This document shows, piece by piece, positions 50,702 to 60,612 of a DNA stretch of 64,000 bases. This DNA is from an uncultured delta proteobacterium. GTDB taxonomy: Bacteria > Myxococcota_A > Polyangia > Polyangiales > Polyangiaceae. Both the position numbers and the translations under genes were made by a program. Position 1 is the first letter of the stretch; each line of letters starts with the position of its first letter. The notes under the pieces were generated by a model. That model did not search any database. It worked only from the letters and a program-made list of their open reading frames with translations, and was not told the origin of the DNA. The DNA is taken from positions 3,200,001 to 3,264,000 of the forward strand of contig CAWDXG010000004.1 of assembly GCA_963806225.1 (NCBI GenBank), written 5' to 3'.

Positions 50702-51262
50702 CTAGGTGATGAAAACGCGCGCGTTGTTGGCGGCCAACCGACGCGCCTGGGTGTGGAACAACGCCCGATCCACATGCTGCTCGTTGGCCCGGATCACCTC
50801 GGCGAGCGCCATCGCGGCCAACCCGTGATCTTCGAACGTCGCCTTGGAACCGTTACCCGAGTTCGCGAGGAAGACCTCGAAGTGCTCGGACCGGCCCGGC
50901 CCTGCGGGCGACGAGTTGGATTCGTCCCGCGCACACACGTCGAGCTGGAAACGCTCGCCCCTACCGTCGGCGAGCACGAGGCTTGCGGCGCCGTCCTGCA
51001 CCGGGAGGACCTGCTGTACCGTCCAGCGCCCCAGCCGATCACCCGCGGCCAGCGGCGCGACAAGTCGCGCGGCCTGCGCCAGCGCCGGTTCATCGTCCGC
51101 TACCGGCTCGGCGCCGTCGGGCGCCTTGCCGTCAGGTGACGCGGGCCGCAGAGCGGAGCTCCTGGCCGGGACCGATCCAACCGCGACCCCGGCCGCAGCC
51201 GTGGCTGCTCCAACGCCCAACGCGCCGACCACGAAACGGCGGCTGACTCCATCGCTCTTCAT
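50702..51262 (-). CDS. Small protein with Tat-like N-terminus
   Basis: SRRFVVGALG plus hydrophobic stretch; GGAGG RBS. Confidence 0.7.
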   Translation of the reverse strand: MKSDGVSRRFVVGALGVGAATAAAGVAVGSVPARSSALRPASPDGKAPDGAEPVADDEPALAQAARLVAPLAAGDRLGRWTVQQVLPVQDGAASLVLADGRGERFQLDVCARDESNSSPAGPGRSEHFEVFLANSGNGSKATFEDHGLAAMALAEVIRANEQHVDRALFHTQARRLAANNARVFIT

Positions 51263-51297
51263 AAGACTCGCCTCCGGTTGAATCTTCCTCTAATGCT

Positions 51298-51317
51298 GCA
51301 CCGTTCGTCAACGGTGC
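51298..51317. promoter_or_regulatory. 8-bp inverted repeat upstream of the core hxs gene run
   Basis: GCACCGTT-cgtc-AACGGTGC. Confidence 0.4.
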
Positions 51318-51411
51318 GCCAGTGTGGGATGAATGACCACGTACGCAACGCGTCACGTCGCAATGCTGCCAGGCGCGACGATCCCGCCTGTGGATCGCTC
51401 TCCTGAACGAC

Positions 51412-54018
51412 CTATGCGTCGAACGTGAAGCTGCCGTCGAGAACGCCGACCTTTATGGTCGTTCCCGATTTGTAGCCCCCCGATAGGATCGATTCAGCGA
51501 GCGGATCCTGTATCTGCTTCAGGATCGCCCGCTTGAGAGGGCGGGCGCCCAGCGCCGGTTCGTAGCCGAGCTCGACCAGCCGATCCTTGGCCGCGCTGTC
51601 CAGCTCCATGCGCACGTTGCGATCGCTCAACATGCGCTCGAGCCCGCGCAGCTGGATGTCGACGATCGCCCTGAGGTGGTCCCGCGTCAGAGGACGGAAC
51701 ACCACGACGTCGTCGACCCGGTTCAGGAACTCGGGTCGGAAGAACCTGCCGAGCTCGTCCAACAACACGTCGCGCAGCGCTTCGCGTCCCTCGTCGCTCT
51801 CGAACAAGCGGGGCTCCGTCTCGAGTATGCGCTCCGAGCCGACGTTGCTCGTCATGATCACGACGGTGTTGGAGAAGTCCGCGAGCCGCCCGCGGCCGTC
51901 GGTGAGGCGCCCGTCGTCGAGCACCTGGAGCAGCAGGTTGAACACATCCTGGTGCGCCTTCTCCACCTCGTCGAACAGGAGCACGGAGTAGGGCCGACGT
52001 CGTACTGCTTCCGTGAGGAACCCTCCCTGTTCGCTGTCTGCGTATCCGGGGGGAGCGCCAATCAGCCGCTGCGCCATGTGGCGCTCCATGAACTCGCTCA
52101 TGTCGAGCCGCGTCAGCGCCGCCTCGTCGTCGAACAGGAACTCCGCCAGCGCCTTGGCCAGCTCCGTCTTGCCGACTCCGCTGGGCCCCAGAAACAGGAA
52201 CGAGCCGATGGGTTTCTTCGGATCGCGCAACCCCACGCGTCCGCGGCGTACGGCGCGCGAGATGGCACCGACTGCGTCGTCCTGGCCGACCACGCGTTCG
52301 GCCAGACGCTGCTCCATCTTGAGCAGCTTGTCGGCCTCGCCCTCGAGCATCTTCGCCACCGGTATGCCCGTCCACAGCGCCAGGGTCGCCGCCACGTCCT
52401 GCTCGTCGAGGACGCGCAGCACGTCGCTCGCGCCGACGTTCCGCGCCGCTTCCTCGGCCTTCTCCAGACGTTTCTCCAGATCAGGCAGTGTGACGTGCTC
52501 GAGCTCACCGAGGCGCGCGAAGTCCTTCCCGGCGCGGGCCTCTTCCAGCGCCCGCTCTGCTTCCGACAGCTCGCTCTTGAGCGCTCGCACGGCCGCCACG
52601 GCGCCGCGGCGCGATTCCAGCACGGAGCGCATCTCCGTGACTTTCGGTTCGAGCTCGTCGGCTTCGGCCGAAAGCCGTCGCCGCGCCTCCACGCTGGCCG
52701 CGTCGTCGGTGTGCTCGAGGCTCGCGAGCTGGGCCTGGAGCGACTCCAGGCGACGCATCGCCTCGTCGACCGCCGCTGGAACTCCGTCGGTCTCCACGCG
52801 CTTGGCAGCCGCCGCTTCATCGAGCAGATCGATCGCGCTATCCGGCAGGAAACGATCCTGCAGATAGCGCTTTGCCAACCGCACCGCACTCACCACCGCC
52901 CCTTCGCTGATTTCCACGTGGTGATGTTGCTCGTAGCGCGCCGCGATGCCGCGCAGGATCTCGATGGCCTGCTCCGGGTCGGGCTCGTCGATCGAGAGCA
53001 CGGTGAAGAGGCGCAGCACACCGCCGTCACGGTCGGCGATACGCCGGAGCCCCTCCGGCGTCGTGGTGCCGAGCAGCCTGAGCTCGCCGCGCGCAAGCGC
53101 CGGCTTGAGCAGCTCGCCGACGGCGGAACCGGTGGGCCCCTGCCCGAACAACTGATCGATGCCGATCACGACCAGGATCGAGTCGTTGCCCTGCTCGGCC
53201 ACCGACCTCACGAGCTTCTGCACACGCTCCTCGATCTCGCCGCGCAGGCGCGCGCCGGCAACCAGCGCGCCGGAGTCGAGCTCGAACAGCCGCGCCCCGG
53301 CCAGGCTGGTCTGCACGTCCCCGCCGGCGATGCGCCGGGCCAGGGCGCCAACCACCGCGCCCTTGCCCACGCCCGGCTCGCCGACCAGAAGCGGGTGGCT
53401 CTTCTGGCGCCGCTCCAGGATGGTCAGCAGGCGGCGGACCTCGGCATCACGGCCGATCACGGGGTCGATCGTCCCGGCCCGCGCCTCCTCGACCAGATCG
53501 CGGGTGAATCGCTCGAACGAGGCTTTTCCTGCGCCATTTCCGGACGGCCTGAGCGGCCGTGCGACCTGGCGCAGCGCCCCCACGTGGGGTCTGAGCGACC
53601 CGGGGCCGAGTGCGAACGCGCCCAGGATCTCGCCCGCGGGACCGCGGATTTCCTGCGACAGCGCGTTCAGCAGGTGCTCCACCTGCACGCTTCCGGCGCG
53701 ATCCCGCTCGGATTCCCGCTGCGCCCGTTCCAGCAGATCGAGCATCGCTGCGGAGAGGTACGCCGGCTCGGTGGCATGCGGCAGCTCGCCCAGCGCGCGC
53801 TCCACCGACGAAGAGAGCTCCATCACGTTGGCGCCAGCGTGGCGGAAGACCTCGGCCACGCCTGGATCGCGCTCCAGGCCGCGGGCCAGCAGGTGCAGCG
53901 GCTGGACCTCGACGTGCTTGCGCTCATCGGCCAGGGCCTGCGCTCCGACGACCAGCGCCTTGGCGTCGGGGGCAAAACGTTCGAGCGAAAGGGTGGTCGT
54001 GGTCGCGTCCGCCGCCAT
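51412..54018 (-). CDS. clpB: ClpB-like AAA+ chaperone with degenerate first ATPase domain
   Basis: Clp N-domain, coiled-coil M domain, intact NBD2 (GPSGVGKTE, LLFDEVEKAH, GRLTDGRGR, GARPLKR). Confidence 0.88.
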   Translation of the reverse strand: MAADATTTTLSLERFAPDAKALVVGAQALADERKHVEVQPLHLLARGLERDPGVAEVFRHAGANVMELSSSVERALGELPHATEPAYLSAAMLDLLERAQRESERDRAGSVQVEHLLNALSQEIRGPAGEILGAFALGPGSLRPHVGALRQVARPLRPSGNGAGKASFERFTRDLVEEARAGTIDPVIGRDAEVRRLLTILERRQKSHPLLVGEPGVGKGAVVGALARRIAGGDVQTSLAGARLFELDSGALVAGARLRGEIEERVQKLVRSVAEQGNDSILVVIGIDQLFGQGPTGSAVGELLKPALARGELRLLGTTTPEGLRRIADRDGGVLRLFTVLSIDEPDPEQAIEILRGIAARYEQHHHVEISEGAVVSAVRLAKRYLQDRFLPDSAIDLLDEAAAAKRVETDGVPAAVDEAMRRLESLQAQLASLEHTDDAASVEARRRLSAEADELEPKVTEMRSVLESRRGAVAAVRALKSELSEAERALEEARAGKDFARLGELEHVTLPDLEKRLEKAEEAARNVGASDVLRVLDEQDVAATLALWTGIPVAKMLEGEADKLLKMEQRLAERVVGQDDAVGAISRAVRRGRVGLRDPKKPIGSFLFLGPSGVGKTELAKALAEFLFDDEAALTRLDMSEFMERHMAQRLIGAPPGYADSEQGGFLTEAVRRRPYSVLLFDEVEKAHQDVFNLLLQVLDDGRLTDGRGRLADFSNTVVIMTSNVGSERILETEPRLFESDEGREALRDVLLDELGRFFRPEFLNRVDDVVVFRPLTRDHLRAIVDIQLRGLERMLSDRNVRMELDSAAKDRLVELGYEPALGARPLKRAILKQIQDPLAESILSGGYKSGTTIKVGVLDGSFTFDA

Positions 54019-54083
54019 GGTGCCGGGAAGGTAACCCCGCGGGAGGCTGGGCAGAACCGCGATCGGGGACCATATTGTCCCCG

Positions 54084-54368
54084 ATGGCCCCCGACGTCGT
54101 GATGTACCGCACCCCGTTCTGCCCGTACTGCGTCCGGGCGAAGGCCCTGCTGAACCGCAAAGGCGTTGCTTTCCGCGAGATCGACGTGTCCGGCGACGCC
54201 GAGAAACGACGCTGGCTGCTTTCGGCGACGCACCAGCGCACCGTTCCGCAGATCTTCATCAACGGCCGCTCGATCGGCGGTTGCGACGAGCTGTACCTGC
54301 TGGAGCGGCAGGGCAAGCTCGACGAGCTCCTCGCCGAGCCGCCACAAGAAGCCCGGGCCGGATCGTAG
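54084..54368 (+). CDS. grxC: Glutaredoxin 3
   Basis: CPYC, TVPQIFI, IGGCDEL. Confidence 0.93.
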   Translation: MAPDVVMYRTPFCPYCVRAKALLNRKGVAFREIDVSGDAEKRRWLLSATHQRTVPQIFINGRSIGGCDELYLLERQGKLDELLAEPPQEARAGS

Positions 54369-54462
54369 CGGAATGCCACACTTAGCGGTCACGAGTGTGG
54401 TATTTTGTCACACGCCGCGTGTGCATCAGGTCCGCTGCTGTTCGCGGTAGTGTGACCGCCAC

Positions 54463-55431
54463 GTGCTGACTCTGGTCGAGCTGCCGCACTGGCTGCTGGC
54501 GGGCCTCGCCGTGGTGCTGGGCCTGCTGTTCGGCAGCTTCCTGAACGTCGTCATCTACCGCGTGCCCCGCGACGAGAGCATCGTGCGTCCGGGCTCGCAC
54601 TGCCCGGCTTGCGGCGCGCCGATCCGCGCCTGGCAGAACGTGCCGGTCTTGAGCTGGCTCCTGCTCGGCGGCAAGGCGCGCTGCTGCGGCACGCCAATCC
54701 CGGCGCGCTATCCGCTAGTAGAGCTGCTCGGAGGCCTGCTCGGCTGGGCCGTCCTCCAGACCATCGTTCTGCAGCTCCCGCCCGGCACCGCGTGGTGGCG
54801 CGCGCTGCTCTCCTTCGCCGTCCACCTCGCGCTGGGGCTCGGCCTGATCGCCGCGGCGTTCATCGATCTCGAGCACATGCTGCTCCCCGACGAGATCACG
54901 ATCGGTGGAGCGCTGCTGGGCGTCGCGAGCGTACCGCTGCGCCCCGGCATCGGCTGGAGCGAGTCGCTGATCGGCGCGGCGATCGGCTTCGTCATCGTGT
55001 GGCTGCCCTTCGACCTTCTGTACTCGAAGCTGCGCGGCCATCCCGGCATGGGTCTCGGCGATGCGAAGCTCACGATGCTGGCGGGGGCGTGGTTCGGGTG
55101 GCCGGGCGCGGTGTTCGCGCTGCTGGCCGGCGCCGTCCAGGGCACCCTCATCACGCTGGTCGTCTTCCTCGTGCAAGGGCGGATCGAGGAACCAGAAGCG
55201 GTGAGGCGCGAGCGCGAAGAGCTGCTCGCCGAGATCGAGGCGGCCGAGGGCGAGGAGAAGAAACGGCTCGAGGAAGAGCTGGACCGGGACCCGATCGGGC
55301 GTGAAGCCGAGGAGGGGATCGGCAAGGCGCGCCTCGCGTTCGGCCCGTTCCTGGTGCTCGCGACGCTGGAGTTCATGCTCTTCGGCAAGGTGCTGGTTCA
55401 TGAGTATCTTGCGTGGCTATGGACGGTCTGA
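54463..55431 (+). CDS. pilD: Type IV prepilin peptidase
   Basis: GSFLNVVIYR, SHCPAC, GMGLGDAKL, AFGPFL. Confidence 0.95.
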   Translation: MLTLVELPHWLLAGLAVVLGLLFGSFLNVVIYRVPRDESIVRPGSHCPACGAPIRAWQNVPVLSWLLLGGKARCCGTPIPARYPLVELLGGLLGWAVLQTIVLQLPPGTAWWRALLSFAVHLALGLGLIAAAFIDLEHMLLPDEITIGGALLGVASVPLRPGIGWSESLIGAAIGFVIVWLPFDLLYSKLRGHPGMGLGDAKLTMLAGAWFGWPGAVFALLAGAVQGTLITLVVFLVQGRIEEPEAVRREREELLAEIEAAEGEEKKRLEEELDRDPIGREAEEGIGKARLAFGPFLVLATLEFMLFGKVLVHEYLAWLWTV

Positions 55432-55474
55432 TCCCGGGGCTCCGTGCTCCGTGCTCCTCCAGGCTCCAGGTCCG

Positions 55475-55882
55475 ATGAAGCGAGATCGAACCAGCTGGAT
55501 CGTGGCAGTGCTTCTGCTCCTGGGCTGTGGCTCCAGCCTGCGCACCGTGCCTCGCGGGCCCACCTCGGGGAACGTCCCGTGGATCGTCGCCGACTATCCG
55601 CCCCCCCCAGCGGAGGTCGAGCAGATCCCACCGGATCCGGGCAAGCCCTGCGCGTGGCAGGACGGGCACTTCCAGTGGCTCGGGCGCCGCTGGCAATGGA
55701 CCGACGGCAAGTGGGTGATCCCGCCGAAAGGCTGTCACTACGTCGACCCGTGGATGTCATGGGTGCCGGCGCGAAACGGGCGGGAGCTGCACTACTGGCT
55801 GCCGCGCTGGCTGCCGAACGTCGCGAACACGATCTGCCAGCAGCCGGTGACGTGCCGGACCCGGAACAAGAGCGCACAATGA
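55475..55882 (+). CDS. Trp/Pro-rich lipoprotein
   Basis: LLGC lipobox; PPPAEVE..WQDGHFQWLGRRWQWTDGKW. Confidence 0.7.
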   Translation: MKRDRTSWIVAVLLLLGCGSSLRTVPRGPTSGNVPWIVADYPPPPAEVEQIPPDPGKPCAWQDGHFQWLGRRWQWTDGKWVIPPKGCHYVDPWMSWVPARNGRELHYWLPRWLPNVANTICQQPVTCRTRNKSAQ

Positions 55883-55946
55883 GCCGCAGAACGGGACCCG
55901 GCCTTCCAGAAACCCCGGCATTGTTCTACGTTCCCGCGTCATCACG

Positions 55947-57335
55947 ATGAGCAGTCATATCTTCCGCGAATACGACATCCGCGGCGTTGCGGACCGCGAC
56001 CTGACCGACGACGTGACCCGGAAGATCGGTCGCGGGCTTTCGCGGATGCTGAAGCCCGCCGAGCGCCCCAACGACGCACCGCGCATCGTGGTCGCGCGCG
56101 ACTGCCGCGGCTCGGGCCCGCGCCTGTTCGAGGCCCTGCTCGACGGGCTCGTCTCGGGCGGCACCGAGGTCATCGACGTGGGTGTGGGTCCGACGCCGCT
56201 GATGTACTTCGCGGTGCACCATCTCGATGCCGACGGCGGCGTGATGATCACGGGCAGCCACAACCCGGCCGACGAGAACGGCTTCAAGATCATGCGCGGC
56301 AAGGCCTCGTTCTTCGGCGAGGACCTCCAGAAGCTGCGCGAACTGGTGGAGAGCGACGTGCTCGCCGCCGGCACGCGCGGCTCGATCCAGACGGTACCCG
56401 TGGACGAGCCGTACATAGTCAAGCTGCGCGACTCGGTGCGCATCGAGGACACGACGATGAAAGTGGTCGTCGATGCCGGCAACGGCGCGGCGGGTCCGCT
56501 CGGGCTCCGGGCCATGAACGCGGTGGGGCTGCACCCGACAGCGCTGTTTTGCGAGATGGACGGCGCGTTCCCGAACCACCACCCCGACCCGACGGTACCG
56601 GAGAACCTCGAGACGCTGGTCGAGACGGTGAAGAAGGAAGGCGCGCGCGTCGGCATCGCATGGGACGGCGATGGCGACCGCATGGGCGTGGTGGACGCGA
56701 CGGGCGAAATCGTCTGGGGTGATCGCCTGCTGGCCCTGTTCGCGCGCGACCTGCTCGGCGACCGCCCCGGCTCGGCCGTGCTGGGCGAGGTGAAGTGCTC
56801 GCAGTCGCTGTTCGACGATATCGAGCGGCACGGCGGTCGCCCCATCATGTGGAAGACCGGGCACTCGCTGATCAAGACCAAGCTGAAAGAGGAAGGCGCG
56901 CTGCTCGCCGGCGAGATGAGCGGGCATTTCTTCTTCGCCGACCGCTACTACGGCTACGACGACGGAATCTACGCGGCGCTCCGCCTGCTCGAGATCCTGG
57001 CGCGCGAGGGACGCAGCGTGGTCGAGCTTCTCTCCGACCTGCCGCAGGGCTATTCCACGCCGGAGATGCGCGTCGAATGTCCCGACGCGCTCAAGTTCGA
57101 CGTGGTCGCGAGCGTGCGCGAAACACTGCGCAGCAAGGGGAAGCTCAGCGAGATCGACGGTGCGCGCATCACCTATGACGACGGCGCCTGGGGCCTGGTG
57201 CGGGCGTCGAACACGGGTCCGGTGATCGTGCTGCGTTTCGAAGCGCCTTCCGAGGCGCGCCTGGCAACCATCCGCGCCGAGGTCGAGGGCGCGGTCGAAG
57301 CGGCGCGCAGGCGACTCGAGAGCGAAAAGAGTTGA
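55947..57335 (+). CDS. Phosphomannomutase/phosphoglucomutase
   Basis: FREYDIRG, TGSHNP, DGDGDR, GEMSGH, RASNT. Confidence 0.96.
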   Translation: MSSHIFREYDIRGVADRDLTDDVTRKIGRGLSRMLKPAERPNDAPRIVVARDCRGSGPRLFEALLDGLVSGGTEVIDVGVGPTPLMYFAVHHLDADGGVMITGSHNPADENGFKIMRGKASFFGEDLQKLRELVESDVLAAGTRGSIQTVPVDEPYIVKLRDSVRIEDTTMKVVVDAGNGAAGPLGLRAMNAVGLHPTALFCEMDGAFPNHHPDPTVPENLETLVETVKKEGARVGIAWDGDGDRMGVVDATGEIVWGDRLLALFARDLLGDRPGSAVLGEVKCSQSLFDDIERHGGRPIMWKTGHSLIKTKLKEEGALLAGEMSGHFFFADRYYGYDDGIYAALRLLEILAREGRSVVELLSDLPQGYSTPEMRVECPDALKFDVVASVRETLRSKGKLSEIDGARITYDDGAWGLVRASNTGPVIVLRFEAPSEARLATIRAEVEGAVEAARRRLESEKS

Positions 57336-58234
57336 GCGCCATGGCGGCCGCACGGAGCCGCCCCGGCGAGACGACCGAGCCGTGGACGGTCGGCCGCGTG
57401 CTCGCCTGGGCCACAGCGGATTTCCGCTCGCGCGCGATCGAGACTGCGCGGCTCGACGCCGAGCTCCTGCTGGGCCTCGCGCTCGGTCTCGATCGCATCC
57501 GGTTGATCCTGGAGCACCAGCGGCCGCTCGCACCGGAGGAGCTCTCGCGCTACCGCGACCTCATCAAGCGACGGCGCGGCGGAGAGCCCATCGCGTACAT
57601 CCGCGGCGAGCGCGAGTTCTACGGCCTGCCCATCCGCGTCGACCCGCGCGTCCTGATCCCGCGCCCGGACACCGAGACGCTCGTCGAGGTCGCGCTGGAG
57701 CGCACCCGCGCGCGCTCCATGTTCGGCAACGCTCTGGACCTGTGCACGGGCTCGGGCTGCGTGGCCATCGCCTTCTCGCACACGCGCCGCACCTGGCGCG
57801 TGACGGGCGTGGACGCCTCGATCGGCGCACTCGAGGTCGCGCGCATCAACGCTCTCTGTCTCGGCGTGGTGCCGGGCCTCCGCTTCCTCGAAGGCGATCT
57901 GTTCGCGCCGCTCGGGCCGGACGAGCGCTTCGATCTGATCACGGCCAATCCGCCGTACATTCCCGACGCGGAGCTGGCTGAGCTCGACGCGGGGATCCGC
58001 GAGTTCGAGCCACGGCTCGCGCTCGCCGGCGGCAGCGACGGGCTCGACGTGATCCGCCGGATCGTCGAAGAGGCGCCCGGGCATCTGTCACCCGGCGGAG
58101 TGCTCGCGCTCGAGGTCGGGCACGACCAGGCCGATCGCGTCGCGGAGCTCTTCGAGCAGGCGGGCCTGTCGCAGATCGGACGCCGGCGCGACTACGGCGG
58201 TCACGAGCGCGTGGTCAGCGCCGCGGCATCATGA
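57332..58234 (+). CDS. prmC: Release factor glutamine methyltransferase
   Basis: EPIAYI.G.REFYG, VLIPRPDTE, LDLCTGSG, ANPPYI. Confidence 0.96.
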   Translation: MSAMAAARSRPGETTEPWTVGRVLAWATADFRSRAIETARLDAELLLGLALGLDRIRLILEHQRPLAPEELSRYRDLIKRRRGGEPIAYIRGEREFYGLPIRVDPRVLIPRPDTETLVEVALERTRARSMFGNALDLCTGSGCVAIAFSHTRRTWRVTGVDASIGALEVARINALCLGVVPGLRFLEGDLFAPLGPDERFDLITANPPYIPDAELAELDAGIREFEPRLALAGGSDGLDVIRRIVEEAPGHLSPGGVLALEVGHDQADRVAELFEQAGLSQIGRRRDYGGHERVVSAAAS

Positions 58235-60410
58235 CTTGTGCGGACCGCGGCGCACGCCGTGGCCGGCGAGCGTGCCACCGAGCGTTAGGCGCCACAGGTC
58301 GAAGTTGCCGGCGACATTGGCGGAAAAATAGATGTAGTCGCCGCTCCAGGCCGGCGTCTCGAGGTACGTCGTTCCCGTCGTGAGCTGCTGCACGTCGCTG
58401 CCGTCGGGGCGCATCACGTACAGGTTCCAGATCCCGGAGTGCGAGTGCGCGTGGCCGCAGTTCGCCAGATAGGCGATGTAGGCGCCGTCGGCGGACCACA
58501 CCGGATCCTCGTGATCGCAATAACCCGAGGTGATCGTCTTCGGCGAGCCAGCGCCGTCTGGATCTCTGATCTTGATCTGGAGGTAGCTACCGATTGTGCG
58601 GCTGTAGGCGATGGCAACGCCGTCGGGGCTCCACGCCGGATCGACGCCGGGGCCGAGGTACTTGTGCTGCGCGCCGTCCAGCGTGGAGATGTACAGCGAG
58701 TAGCCGCCGTGCCGTCGGCGCTCTGCGGCGTACACCACGCGGGTACTGTCGGGGGAGACGCTCGGCACGCCGATGTCGTAGCCAGCTCGTGCGATGTCGC
58801 GCGCGGACGCGTACCGCGCGGGGGACAGCGTTCTCTCTAGCCGGGCCGAGCCGTCGGAGAGCTCCGCCACATAGACGAAGCCACTGCGGTCGGGGATCCA
58901 CACCGGGCGCCGCGCATGGGCGCCCGCGTAGGTGTACTCCGTGCCGCGGAACGCGCCGTCCTGGCCACACGCCATGACCGCGTCGTCGCCCTCCTCCTCG
59001 GGCACCCGCAGGTCGTAGAGCACGAGCTGTCCGCCGCCCGGCGACGGAGCCGGGTTGAACTCGTTCTCCGGATCGTAGGTGATGCGTTCCAGATTGCCGG
59101 ACTCGCCCTGCGCCGACAGGTCGTGCGGCGGCCCGAGGCTCGCTCCGACGAGGATCGCCGCCACGGCCAGAAGCCCGATGGCCTTGACTCCGGCCCAGCG
59201 CCAGCGCCGATGCTCCTTGCGGCGCGTCTCGAGAGTCTCCTGTAACGAAACCTTCTCCGACTTCTGGTCACTAGCGTCGTGACGCGCGTCCAGCCCCAGC
59301 ACGTTCTCGGCGCCGCAGTACACGCACGCCACCAGCACGGTCCCCGGCGGCTCCACCAGCGGCGCATTGCAGGAGCGGCAGCGATGCGGCTCCCCCGCGC
59401 GGGTCGGAGCGCGCGCCGAGAAATGGAGCGTGAGCAGACGCAGCGCCTGGCGGTCTGTGAGCTGGCCGCGCACCAGATAGAACAACCCGCGGATGGAAGC
59501 GAAGCCCGCCACCGTGAGGAGCAGTCCGTTCCAGAAACGGAAGAAGCACAGCACGTACAGCACCGCCGCGATACCCATGATCACGAGCCACACGCCGAAG
59601 GACGGCAGCGCGGCGACGGCAATGGCGAGGTTGGCCCGGAGCGCGCCCGGTTGCCGCAGCAGCTTGTCGACGAGCTTCTCGGCGTCACGCCGGTTCGTGT
59701 CGCGGGTCATGACCGCCCGGATGCGCGAGCGGATCTCCTGGCTGATCGCCACCCATCCTGAACAGAACCCGCACTGCACCCAGTCCTGGTCCGCCGGTGC
59801 CACCGGCGCACCGCAGTTGTTGCAGTGCAGGTCCGTCACCGGACCGGACGGCGCGGCGACCCCTTCGGCCTGGTTTTGGACGCGCGCGGCGGACGCCTTG
59901 ATCGAATCGCGGAGCGCCTGCAGAGGACGCGGCTTCCTGCTCGTCCTCGGCGCTGGCGAGCACCCGATCGCCGATCCTGAGCTCCCAGAAGTTGTCGTGT
60001 TCCTCGTGCTCTCGTTGCCGAGGAGCTCCAGGCGTCGTCGTGCCGTCCGACCACGCGCACGTCGTCCGGCTTGATGTCCTTCCAGGCGCAGAAGAGCCAG
60101 CGGTTCGGCCCACCGGCGATGCGCAGCCCGTCCGGAGCCAGCACGATGTCGCTCGGACGCTCGCGAAACGCCAGCAGCATGTGCTTCCACCCGTACGACG
60201 ACGACCGCAATCCCGATCAGGATCAGGATCAGGATCAGCCACCAGGTCTGCTCGTAGGTTTCCAGCGCCTCGTCCCACGGCGACAGCAGCGCGGGCACCA
60301 GGAAACGAGCCGACGAACAGCAGACCGGGCGCGAGCGCCGCCGCGGAACGCGCGACGCCCTCCAACGACGAGGTCCCGACCTGGAGCGGCAGGCGCAGAC
60401 TGCGTTGCAT
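58229..60410 (-). CDS. Membrane protein with zinc ribbons and TolB-like beta-propeller; 5' part multiply frameshifted
   Basis: CNNC/CGFC and CRSC/CVYC, TM helices, PAWSPDG-type repeats; N-terminus spread over three frames at 59900-60410. Confidence 0.65.
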
Positions 60411-60612
60411 CGGACCGCGGATGATAGCCCATCACGGTCCCCGGAAAACAGCCCTGGCAGAACCTCGCGGATCCAGCGCGGGACGGGCGCGCCGTTGTCG
60501 CAGGGAAACACGCGGCACCGTCGATGCGCCACCCCGGGCCGATCCTGTGGCACTCTGGTGAGGGCAAAGGGCGAACCGGGGCGAACCGGCTCCGCCCCGA
60601 ACCGGAACAGAG

